Of a stretch of 64,000 nt of DNA, positions 27,647-38,932 are shown piece by piece. The stretch comes from Octopus sinensis. Lineage: Eukaryota. The notes below the pieces were generated by a model, which was not told where the DNA came from, did not search any database, and saw only the letters and a program-made list of their open reading frames with translations. The position numbers were made by a program, and so were the translations under genes. Every line of letters begins with the position of its first letter. The first letter of the stretch is position 1. The stretch lies in the NCBI RefSeq assembly GCF_006345805.1, contig NC_043023.1, positions 12,834,001 through 12,898,000 of the forward strand. Reading direction: 5' to 3'.

Positions 27647-28766
27647 AATGAGAGAATAATTTCGTTATACATATCACAATGATAGTATCTGTTTCATTTC
27701 TATGAATGTTTGTGTTCAAATGCATCAGAGAATAATTAAATGTTATGTTACTTTCATTGGTGATCTTGCTTAATATCTAAAACAGAAGATATAAATTGGT
27801 TAACTCTTTTGTAAAGTTACTCAAACTTAACCTGTAGGTTCATCATCATCTCTACATTCCAGATGGCAAAAAAAATGTTGCTCTTAATTCCATCATCCAG
27901 AAGAAATATTTCCCCATTGTTCGGCGAAGATTTTATTTATATAAAGAAGCTGATGTTTTTATGAATGTGTCTTATGAATATATGGTCTTCCTGTAATTGA
28001 TGAAAGTCAATAAAAATATCAGACACACATCCCGAATGAAGAAATTTCTTTTAAATCAACATGGTATGATATTCTGAAATAGGAAAAAATTCATTTCTAT
28101 GAATATATTTGTGTTGCTATCTTCAGAGAATAATTTAATGGTATGCTTCTTTCATCTGTGATCTTGCTTAATATCTAAATCAAGAGGTGACAATCGTCTA
28201 ACGCTTTGTAAAGTTATCCAAGCCTTATTAACCTGTAAAACAATCATCTCCTCTATATTCCAGACAGCAAAGACTTCAAATTGTTGCTGTTAATTCCATC
28301 GTCCAGAAGAAATAATTTGCTGTTGTTTTTCACAGATTTCCTTTATAAGATGAGTTTGATGTATTGATGAATGCTCCTTATAAATATATCATCTTCCTTT
28401 GGTTGATGGGAGCTGATAAAATATCAGAGGCACATCTGAATGAAGTAATTTCTTTCATATCAACAGGATGTTATATTCTGAAATAGAAAAAAAAAGAAGC
28501 AGTGAGATAAAGAGAATCATTAAACGACATAGTAATTCAACATTGCAAATCTTACAACATCAACACTGTCATCCATTTAATGTCTATGTTTGCAGGGGTC
28601 AGAATCCATTGAGGCATTGAAACTTTTACAACATTCTGTATAGAGATTTCTCTATTGTTCTGCTGTGGGAAAAATTTTGGTGAAGGGTTAAATAAAATTT
28701 TGGCTATGGTGGATCCAATCTACTTCATGCGTGCAAGATTCACTACAAATATATTTGTATACACAA

Positions 28767-28798
<32 letters not shown>

Positions 28799-29023
28799 TT
28801 AATCAATATAGGGTGGCAAGGAAAATTTTGTAGAATTTTATTGCCACCAGCGGCCCAGCGGGAAAAAATTAAATAGTCATAGACCATTTTTAAGTTCAAC
28901 ATTAACAATTAAGGAACGGCCATAATAGGCCATTCACCCACTAGAAATAACAGCCAAAGCTTCTACCGCAAATAAAGATTAATTCCGTAAACAGGAGAAA
29001 ATTAAAAAAACATTTACCCTGTA

Positions 29024-29130
29024 ATTTCTTGTACGGTATACCGTTTCATCCGCTGTTTAATGGTAAACTAACCTGATTAAATTAAATCAAGCCAATCCTC
29101 CATAAGCCCTCGGATTCTTCAGCAAGAAAT
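29024..29130 (-). ncRNA. Type I hammerhead ribozyme, copy 1
   Basis: Sense: AUUUCUUG-CUGAAGA-AUCCG-(58 nt)-CGGAU-GAAA-CGG-UAUA-CCG-UA/CAAGAAAU. Stem I 8 bp, stem II 5 bp, stem III 4 bp, intact core. Predicted cut between 29032 and 29031. Confidence 0.85.
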
Positions 29131-29514
29131 AGCTCAAGTCGGGACAGATATATACACGAGGCATACCCAATCTTGCCAAGTCAATATCTGACCTAAAATT
29201 TTCAAATCGTCGCACTCGCGCCAAATTTATCGGCAGCAAATAGATATCAGCCGTCGATTCCATTACGGAATTAACCAAAAAATTCATAATTAATCAATAT
29301 AGGGTGGCAAGGAAAATTTTGTAGAATTTTATTGCCACCAGCGGCCCAGCGGGAAAAAATTAAATAGTCATAGACCATTTTTAAGTTCAACATTAACAAT
29401 TAAGGAACGGCCATAATAGGCCATTCACCCACTAGAAATAACAGCCAAAGCTTCTACCGCAAATAAAGATTAATTCCGTAAATAGGAGAAAATTAAAAAA
29501 ACATTTACCCTGTA

Positions 29515-29621
29515 ATTTCTTGTACGGTATACCGTTTCATCCGCTGTTTAATGGTAAACTAACCTGATTAAATTAAATCAAGCCAATCCTCCATAAGCCC
29601 TCGGATTCTTCAGCAAGAAAT
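29515..29621 (-). ncRNA. Type I hammerhead ribozyme, copy 2
   Basis: Identical motif at +491. Confidence 0.85.
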
Positions 29622-30005
29622 AGCTCAAGTCGGGACAGATATATACACGAGGCATACCCAATCTTGCCAAGTCAATATCTGACCTAAAATTTTCAAATCG
29701 TCGCACTCGCGCCAAATTTATCGGCAGCAAATAGATATCAGCCGTCGATTCCATTACGGAATTAACCAAAAAATTCATAATTAATCAATATAGGGTGGCA
29801 AGGAAAATTTTGTAGAATTTTATTGCCACCAGCGGCCCAGCGGGAAAAAATTAAATAGTCATAGACCATTTTTAAGTTCAACATTAACAATTAAGGAACG
29901 GCCATAATAGGCCATTCACCCACTAGAAATAACAGCCAAAGCTTCTACCGCAAATAAAGATTAATTCCGTAAACAGGAGAAAATTAAAAAAACATTTACC
30001 CTGTA

Positions 30006-30112
30006 ATTTCTTGTACGGTATACCGTTTCATCCGCTGTTTAATGGTAAACTAACCTGATTAAATTAAATCAAGCCAATCCTCCATAAGCCCTCGGATTCT
30101 TCAGCAAGAAAT
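30006..30112 (-). ncRNA. Type I hammerhead ribozyme, copy 3
   Basis: Identical motif at +982. Confidence 0.85.
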
Positions 30113-30677
30113 AGCTCAAGTCGGGACAGATATATACACGAGGCATACCCAATCTTGCCAAGTCAATATCTGACCTAAAATTTTCAAATCGTCGCACTCG
30201 CGCCAAATTTATCGGCAGCAAATAGATATCAGCCGTCGATTCCATTACGGAATTAACCAAAAAATTCATAATTAATCAATATAGGGTGGCAAGGAAAATT
30301 TTGTAGAATTTTATTGCCACCAGCGGCCCAGCGGGAAAAAATTAAATAGTCATAGACCATTTTTAAGTTCAACATTAACAATTAAGGAACGGCCATAATA
30401 GGCCATTCACCCACTAGAAATAACAGCCAAAGCTTCTACCGCAAATAAAGATTAATTCCGTAAACAGGAGAAAATTAAAAAAAAAAACATTTACCCTGTA
30501 ATTTCTTGTACGGTATACCGTTTCATCCGCTGTTTAATGGTAAACTAACCTGATTAAATTAAATCAAGCCAATCCTCCATAAGCCCTCGCGAGTGCGACG
30601 ATTTGAAAATTTTAGGTCAGATATTGACTTGGCAAGATTGGGTATGCCTCGTGTATATATCTGTCCCGACTTGAGCT

Positions 30678-30784
30678 ATTTCTTGCTGAAGAATCCGAGG
30701 GCTTATGGAGGATTGGCTTGATTTAATTTAATCAGGTTAGTTTACCATTAAACAGCGGATGAAACGGTATACCGTACAAGAAAT
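30678..30784 (+). ncRNA. Type I hammerhead ribozyme in the inverted segment
   Basis: Stem I 30678-30685/30777-30784, CUGAAGA 30686-30692, stem II 30693-30697/30756-30760, GAAA 30761-30764, GUA 30774-30776. Confidence 0.85.
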
Positions 30785-30903
30785 TACAGGGTAAATGTTT
30801 TTTTTAATTTTCTCCTGTTTACGGAATTAATCTTTATTTGCGGTAGAAGCTTTGGCTGTTATTTCTAGTGGGTGAATGGCCTATTATGGCCGTTCCTTAA
30901 TTG

Positions 30904-30949
<46 letters not shown>

Positions 30950-31317
30950 CAAGTATTAAGAGAGGGACCACATGTGGTCACTCTAACGCTAGAAATAGAT
31001 CCGCAAAGGGAATCCACCACTAAAGAATTGTTCTCAAGCATTAATTCAACACGCCAAGAATGTAAGCGGGCAGGACAAATGAAAAATAACGAAAAAATGG
31101 ATTAACTCTATACAATTGTTTCATCGTTAATAGATTGTGTAATTTTACTTACAAATCATTTTCGAATCATCGGTAGAGTATATCAAAAACATAATTTGCT
31201 GAACCAAAGGGAGATTTCTCTATTGTTCTGCTGTGGGAAAAATTTTGGTGAAGGGTTAATTAAAATCTTGGCAAGGATGGATCCAATCTAATAAGATTCA
31301 CTACAATATATTTGTAT

Positions 31318-31366
<49 letters not shown>

Positions 31367-33691
31367 AGTATTAAGAGAGGGACCACATGTGGTCACTCTA
31401 ACGTTAGAAATAGATCCACAAAGGGAATCCACCACTAAAGAATTGTTCTCAAGCATTAATTCAACACGCCAAGAATGTAAGAGGGCAGGACAAATGAAAA
31501 ATAATTTTTTGGCGATCCTTCGGTATAGGTACCGTGAGTGGCTTTGTTTACATTTCTGAAGATAACAGAAACCCTTTTCTCCCACCACTAACACAAACCT
31601 TAACCATAACCCCCCCATATATAAGAAAAAAAGACACTTTCTTGAAATGTATCTGGTACTTCCGGTACCTATACCGAAGTTACGCTCATTTTTTCAAACA
31701 AAGAATATAATTTTTTTAAAACAAAGTAAATAAAACAAAAATATAAAGTAAGGATCGACTAGTCACGACTAGCTACTGCGGATGCGCGCACCTGGACCTC
31801 TCTTCTTAAATAGTACCCTTGTAAGAGTTACCACGTCCTTCTCTAAGCTTGGATTCGAAATCGAGTCCAAGAATCATCGGTCGTCAAATACCAATGCATG
31901 TATAGGCGCGAAATTAAGAATCCCTTTGTCCTGACATTGCTCAGGTCGGAGGTCAAAGGGAGATGATCAATCAGTTTTTGTCAGCACAAAGGGAAAGAGA
32001 TTTCTCTATTGTTCTGCTGTGGGAAAAATTTTGGTGAAGGGTTAATTAAAATCTTGGCAAGGATGGATCCAATCTACTTTACGATTCACTACAAATATAT
32101 TTGTATACACACACACACATATATATATATATACAAGTATTAAGCGAGGGACCACATGTGGTCACTCTAACGCTAGAAATAGATCCACAAAGGGAATCCA
32201 CCACTAAAGAATTGTTCTCAAGCATTAATTCAACACGCCAAGAATGTAAGCGGGCAGGACAAATGAAAAATAACGAAAAAATGGATTAACTCTATACAAT
32301 TGTTTCATCATTAATAGATTGTGTAATTTTACTTACAAATCATTTTCGAATCATCGGTAGAGTATATCAAAAACATAATTTGCTGAACCAAACGCCAAAA
32401 TCCATACGAAATTGATGTTATTAATTAATATTCAATTTCTTTCACCCTTACACACACACATATATGTATACATAATTATACATATATATGCATAAATACA
32501 TACGTATACGTACATACATGTTTGTTTATATTCGCGAGTGCCCGTTCTGCGTATTTTATTTTTTAGTATAAAATAGTTAAAAAAATAGATTAATCGTTCT
32601 AATTTTCTCCGGTACTATTTAAAAAGTGTGGTCCCGGTGCGCGCACTCGCGCTAGTTAGTCGTGATTAGTCGATCCTACAACGACTACCTACCAAAGTAA
32701 TTAAAACACAAAATAAATAATTTTTTTACACAAAGTAAATAATTTTTTGGTGATCCTTCGGTATAAGTACCGTGAGTGGCTTTGTTTACATTTCTGAAGA
32801 TAACAGAAACCCTTTTCTCCCACCCCTAACAGAAACCTTAACCATAACCCCCCATATATATATATATATAAAAAAGACACTTTCTTGAAATGTATCTGGT
32901 ACTTCCGGTACCTATACCGAAGTTACGCTCATTTTTTCAAAGAAAATAATTTTTTTAAAACAAAGTAAATTAAACAAAAATACAAAGTAAGAATCGACTA
33001 GTCACGACTAGCTAGCGCGCCCACCGGGACCTCTCTTCTTAAATAGTACCCTTATATGTTTGTTTATATTCGCGAGTGCCCGTTCTCCGTATTTTATTTT
33101 TTAGTATAAAATATTTAAAAAATAGATTAATCTTTCTAATTTCCTCCATACTTTATGTATTCTGGATATATTTCCCATTTCCTAACTTTTTCTCACAAGT
33201 AAGCGTCATTATCTTGGAGAGGTGCGCGGTACTACTAGCGAAGAGTGGTCCGGTGCGCGCACTCACGCATCCGTGCTAGCTAGTCGTATGTAGTCGATAC
33301 TACGACTTTTAAACCCTAACCTTAGTTTGTTTACAAAAATAATGTATTTACTTAGTTTAAAAAATTGTAGGATCGACTACTTACGACTAGCAAGCTCGGA
33401 TACCCGAGTGCGCGCACCGGGACCACTGTTCGCTAGTACTACCTTATCATTATTGGTATCATCATCATCATTACAGCCTTAAAATAAATCTTTATCAACT
33501 TACCGTATTCAGATACAAACAACGAGTCAGCGATCGTTAATTAAGCACCTTAATTAATTAATTAAGGAAATTTATATCCCTTTGTATGGTTATAGTTCTT
33601 CAATTTTCTATGACTGGTTCGTTTCGTTCCGGTGTCTTCTTTGTCCCATTCTGTCAACGATTTTACCTTCAAGATAATATAGAATATATAC

Positions 33692-33852
33692 ACTCACATA
33701 TTCTAATCTACGACCGTTTCCAGCGCACGAACTGGACCCCGTCGCAGACACCGAAAGAAAGAAGGCATCTTTGACTTATATCTTCCTGATGTGACGTCAG
33801 GCCGTTGCACTTCCGATCCGTTTCTGACGTCATTTTCTCTCCTGTCCAATCA
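33692..33852 (-). promoter_or_regulatory. Putative promoter/exon 1 of ZF-E
   Basis: TGACGTCA at 33792 and 33825, ACTTCCG, CCAAT at 33846, donor GTGAGT at 33697. Confidence 0.6.
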
Positions 33853-33909
33853 TTGTCCTTCCTTCACACTTCTCTCTCAACTAAAGAACAATGCTTGGAT
33901 ACCTTTTGG

Positions 33910-34380
33910 GGATCTTTTCGGTTTGACCGGCAGTTTTTAAAAATAATTTCCACGTAACTAAACACTTTTAAACTTCGTATACTGGTAGAATGTGTTTATA
34001 AAACATCTTTTTCTCCTGGCTTTATTGAGAAAATTCTATCGTTTGTAAGATATTTGGGATCTTTTCGGTTTGACCGGCAGTTTTTAAAAATAATTTCCAC
34101 GTAACTAAACACTTTTAAACTTCGTATACTGGTAGAATGTGTTTATAAAACATCTTTTTCTCCTGGCTTTATTGAGAAAATTCTATCGTTTGTAAGATAT
34201 TTCGGATCTTTTCGGTTTGACCGGCAGTTTTTAAAAATAATTTCCACGTAACTAAACACTTTTAAACTTCGTATACTGGTAGAATGTGTCTATTAAACGT
34301 TTTTCTCTTGGCTTTATTGAGAAAATTCTATTGTTTGTAAGATATTTCGGATCTTGTATTGGTTTGAACGGCAGTTTTTT
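33910..34380. repeat. ~147-bp tandem expansion of a MITE left arm, about 3 copies
   Basis: GGATC starts at 33910, 34057, 34204 and 34349. Confidence 0.8.
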
Positions 34381-36448
34381 TTAATAATTTCCACGTGTTA
34401 GGGTTAGAAGTGGGGAGAAATGGCTTTCTGTTACCTACAAAGTCACGTGTGTACTTATATATCGAAGCATCGCCTTATTATTTACTTTGTGTAAAAAGAA
34501 AAGGATCTTTTCGGTTTGACCGGCAGTTTTTTGTAGCGGTGTCATATGTAATTGTCACCCATAATTATGACCCTAGTATCGATCTATTGCATTTCAATTT
34601 GTGTTAGGATTAGGGGTGGGGGAAGGGTATCTTTTTTTCTTCAAAAATGTAAATAAACCCAATCCGTTTCTTAAACGAGGGGCGTATTCATAAGGCACAT
34701 AATGCTTTTTTTACCTCAATAGACGTCATTGATTGGTTGAAAGATGCTTTATAAATACATTCTATCTGTATACGAAGTTAAAATTTTTTAGCTACCAAGA
34801 AATTTAAAAACCTGCCGTTCAAACCGAAAAGATCCCCATTATTTCCAGAGAAAAGTTGTCGAACCAGATGGCTGCACCAAGCTCCAATCTGATCTGGTAG
34901 AGTTTCTACAGCTGGTTGGTGTTAGGAAGGGCATCCAGCTGTAGAAACTCGGCCAGATCAGATTGGAGCCTGGTGCTGCCTCCTGGTTCGCCAGTCCTCA
35001 ATCAAATCGTGCAACCCATGCTACAATGGAAATCGGACGTTAAACGATGATGATGATGATGATCACAGTGATCTATTTTCTCTCATGTATAATTAAGTTG
35101 CTACTTTGAGAGAACCGTCAGTGGATGGAATGTAGTGTCTTGTGTTCGATATTCGAAGGTTGATTAATTCTTCCAATGACAACGGGGAGGGAAAAGATGG
35201 CACCGCTCCCAACATAATGCACATTACGAAAGGAAATAGAGAAGCGCTGGGATTTTTACCTTTTGACCTACAGATTTAAAAGATAATTCTTAAATCTGCA
35301 CAAAATTAGGAAGATTGATCCATTTTTTAAAAGTATTTTATACTAACAAATAAAATATGGAGAACGGGCACTCGTGAATATAAACAGATCATGTCGTGTA
35401 GCCAGCTGTAGATGTCTCCTTAGGCTGAATTACATCAACATCTCTCTATATATAAATGGCCAAATGTCTGTCTGTGTGTGCGTGTCCTTTATAAAATCCA
35501 CAATTTTTCAGTTAGAGGGCTCGCACTTTCTATGGTCATTCAAAACCGTCCAAGGGTGGTCGTGCACATCTATACATTTCCCTAGTCACCCCGCAACGCC
35601 ATTAAATATATATATAAATGGCAAAATGTCTCTGTGTGTGTCTTTTATACAAATCCACAATTTTTCAGTTAGAGGGCTCGCACTTTCTATGGTCATTTAA
35701 AACCGTCCAAGGGTCGTCGTGCACATCTTCACATTTCCCCAGTCACCCCACAAAGCCATTAAAAAATCAAGAGAACAAGGATCTCTGAACAAATAACAAT
35801 ATTTATTTTTCTGTCTGTACAAGCGTTACATCTCTGGACAATCAGTAGCTAGGTCGCCTTGGTGCGGAAGCAGCAGAGACAGTTTAATCACGATTGTGAA
35901 GGCATACTTCATAGATTCACTGAAGTCATGGATCGCCTTCAGAATTCCAGCCACACGGAGCTGGTCAAGTTGCGTCCGGCTTGGTTGGAAGCAGGGGCGA
36001 AGAGGGCGAGAGGACAGCGGTCAAGCCTAGCTGATGCTGATGACTGCACATGTGCATAAGGGGCTTCCGGCAGGCTCTTACCCCTGTGCATGCGTGGATG
36101 AAAATCCTAAAATGGTGTCTGGGACCAGGCGTCACTACAAGGCTCCCACTTGAGTGCGGAGCATGAAAATAGAAAGATTATAGTGACACCAGAAATAAGA
36201 TGGCTACCGATTACCCAGAAGATGTGGCACAAAATATGACAATTCAAAAGAAAATGTAATCACAGTATACATATAGGCGCAGGAGTGGCTGTGTGGTAAG
36301 TAGCTTGCTTACCAACCACATGGTTCCAGGTTCAGTCCCACTGCATAGCACCTTGGGTCAGTATCTTCTACTATAGCCTCAGGCCAACCAAAGCCTTGTG
36401 AGTGGATTTGGTAGACGGAAACTGAAAGAAGCCTGTCGTATATTTGTA

Positions 36449-37942
36449 TCTCTTATTATAAAAGGCAGATTTTATCTGCCTCCCAAACCGTTTGTTCATT
36501 ATACAAATCTACAATATTGAATTTCTCCAATTAGAATTTACCTATCATTTTTACGAGTAGAATCCATCGGGTCGTGGCAGGTACAGTTTTTCGAATTTCA
36601 CCCCCAATTAAGCAAAAATTCGAGAAAACTCAATATTTTTAGAATTTCCTCTTTCATTTCAAGTGCTTCACTCCTCCCATTACCACCAAACTTTCTGCTA
36701 CTTTCTCTTTGCAAGTGTACACACACATAGACACGCAAACATATACATATTTCAATGCTTTCCTCCGTTTTTTTCGGGAAGTTCTTTTGAAGTTGGTGTG
36801 CATCGGAAGCATTGATGTACATGTGTGCGTGCGTGAGTGTGTGTGTGTTTGATAGGGTGTGCGACACAGAACGTGTGGTGTGTAAATGAAGTGCTTTTGT
36901 TAGTGTGTGTAAAGAGACAGAGAGAGTAATGTGCTGTGTGTGTATGTGTGAAAGACAGAGATGACTGAACTTATTTTATTCACTTTTTGTAGTGAGTGAC
37001 TGAGAGAGAAAAGAAGAGAGAGAGGTTATGTATGTATATATGTATGTATGGCTTCAGTGACACACACACAAAAACACATACCTACGTACACCTAAAGCAC
37101 GCACACACACACAATCGGAGCACGAACTTCAAAAGAACTTCACGCGCTATCTATCTGGTTTGCCATTCCTCACACACACGCAAACGTATGACAGTGACAA
37201 ACATAAACGTTTCAAACAACTACATGCAAACACACACGTGTGTGTTTGTTATTGTGTGTGTGTTTGTTATTAGTAAAAAAGGCGCCAAACACAACTCACT
37301 TCTCATTCGAACACATTTGCAAAAACAAACCGACGGTCGAATTGCCATAACAATACAGAAAAGGTAAATTGGTGTTTAATTTACTTTCTGTCGTTAAATT
37401 TTGGTAGTATTAATTGGCGAGCATACTTCTGTTGTCAATTGTTGACAGAAAGAAATTGTAAGCTAAGAAGGTGTGTGTGTGTGTGTCTGTAGGAAGTGAA
37501 GGATAAAAATATTGCAAGAAGTGGACAGATGTACATATATACATCCATACATACATGTGTGTGTGTGTCTATGTATGTGTGTTATCTCTATATAAAGCTG
37601 AAGTTGTCTGTGTGCGCCAGGTTTGGTAACCTTCAACTAACACTATCTGCTCCAAGAACCTGCGGCGCAAGTTGACCAAAATTGAGAATATGATAAAAGA
37701 AGGCTTGCTCTTCCTTCCGTAGAACATAAAATTCAAATCGGACCATGTTAACATCAAAAATTATTTACATCAAAAAGCTGCTTTTTTCTATGAAAATCCT
37801 TATTTTTTACCATTTTTACACTGCTGTGTCGCCACTTTTCGGTGTATTTCAACCAGAAAAATGTTCACAAAATTTTTACTTTTCAAAATTACTATTCCAG
37901 CGGGTCCAAATAAACCCAAGCAAAGCCGGGCGATACTGCTAG
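36449..37942 (+). mobile_element. Composite non-autonomous Helitron inserted in a tRNA SINE
   Basis: A|TCTCTTATTATAAAAGGCAG start (same 5' end as 10586), GCCGGGCGATACTGCTAG|T end, and a second TC-start-like segment at about 37585. The SINE halves at 36276-36448 and 37943-38175 rejoin when it is removed. Confidence 0.75.
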
Positions 37943-38932
37943 TCTATGCATATATATGCATGTGTGTCTGTGTTTGTCCCCCTAGCATTGCTTGACAACC
38001 GATGCTGGTGTGTCTATGTCCCCGTCACTTAGCAGTTCGGCAAAAGAGACCGATAGAATAAGTACTGGGTTAACAAAAGAATAAGTCCCGGGGTCAGATG
38101 CTCTATTAAAGGCGGTGCTCCAGCATGGCCGCAGTCAAATGACTGAAACAAGTAAAAGAGTAAGAGAAAGAGAGAACAAGCATGCACAAAAAATTTTATT
38201 TTTACAAAATGTTTAATAACAAAACATTGAAAATGTCCAGTACACAAAAGAAGAGCTGTCTGTCACAGGAAACAATAGAGAATCCTCCTCATCATCATTG
38301 TATAACATCTGTTTTCCCTGCTAGCATGGGTTGGACGGTTTACTGGGGTCTGGGAAGCAGGAGGCTGCACCAGGTTGCAGTCTGATCTGGCAGTGTTTCT
38401 ACAGCTGGATGCCCTTCCTAAACGCCAGCCACTCTGTGAGTGTAGCTGCTGCTTTTTACATGCCACCAGCACAGGGGCCAGGAGTGGCTGGCAGTGGCCA
38501 CGATCGGTCAGTGCATCTTACGTGCCACCGGCCCGGAAGCCAGTGCTGGCAACGGCCACGATCGGATGGCGCTTTTTACGTGCCACTGGCACAGGTGCCA
38601 GGGGAAGCTGGCAGCGGCCACGATCAGTTGGTGCTTTTTACGTGCCACCAGCACTGGTATCAGAGCTACAATTTCCATTGATGTTGATTGATTTCGATTT
38701 TGATTCTGATTCTCACTTGCCTCAACAGGTCTTCACAAGTAGAGTTTTGCGTCCCTAGAAGGAAAGCTATGCATAAGTGGACTGGCTACATCCCAGGTAG
38801 AGGCCATGGGTTATGTTCTCACTTGTCCTGCCGGGTTGTAATAAATTTTCATATTGATACGATTACGCCTGTGGATGAATACTCAGATGTGAACTTAAGT
38901 GGCGTTTTTGAGAGAATGACTCACCACAGATA

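Larger units (their letters stand above)
28799..30908 (-). mobile_element. Hammerhead-bearing 491-bp tandem retroelement array (retrozyme / Penelope-like pLTR type) with a 5' inversion
   Basis: Monomers at 28799-29289, 29290-29780 and 29781-30271, a partial one at 30272-30589, and an inverted segment at 30588-30908. Inserted in the (TA)n tract that is uninterrupted in the paralogous units. Confidence 0.85.

Noticed and set aside
30501-30589. Hammerhead in partial monomer 4
   Set aside because: Truncated by the inversion junction; it lacks CUGAAGA and one strand each of stems I and II.
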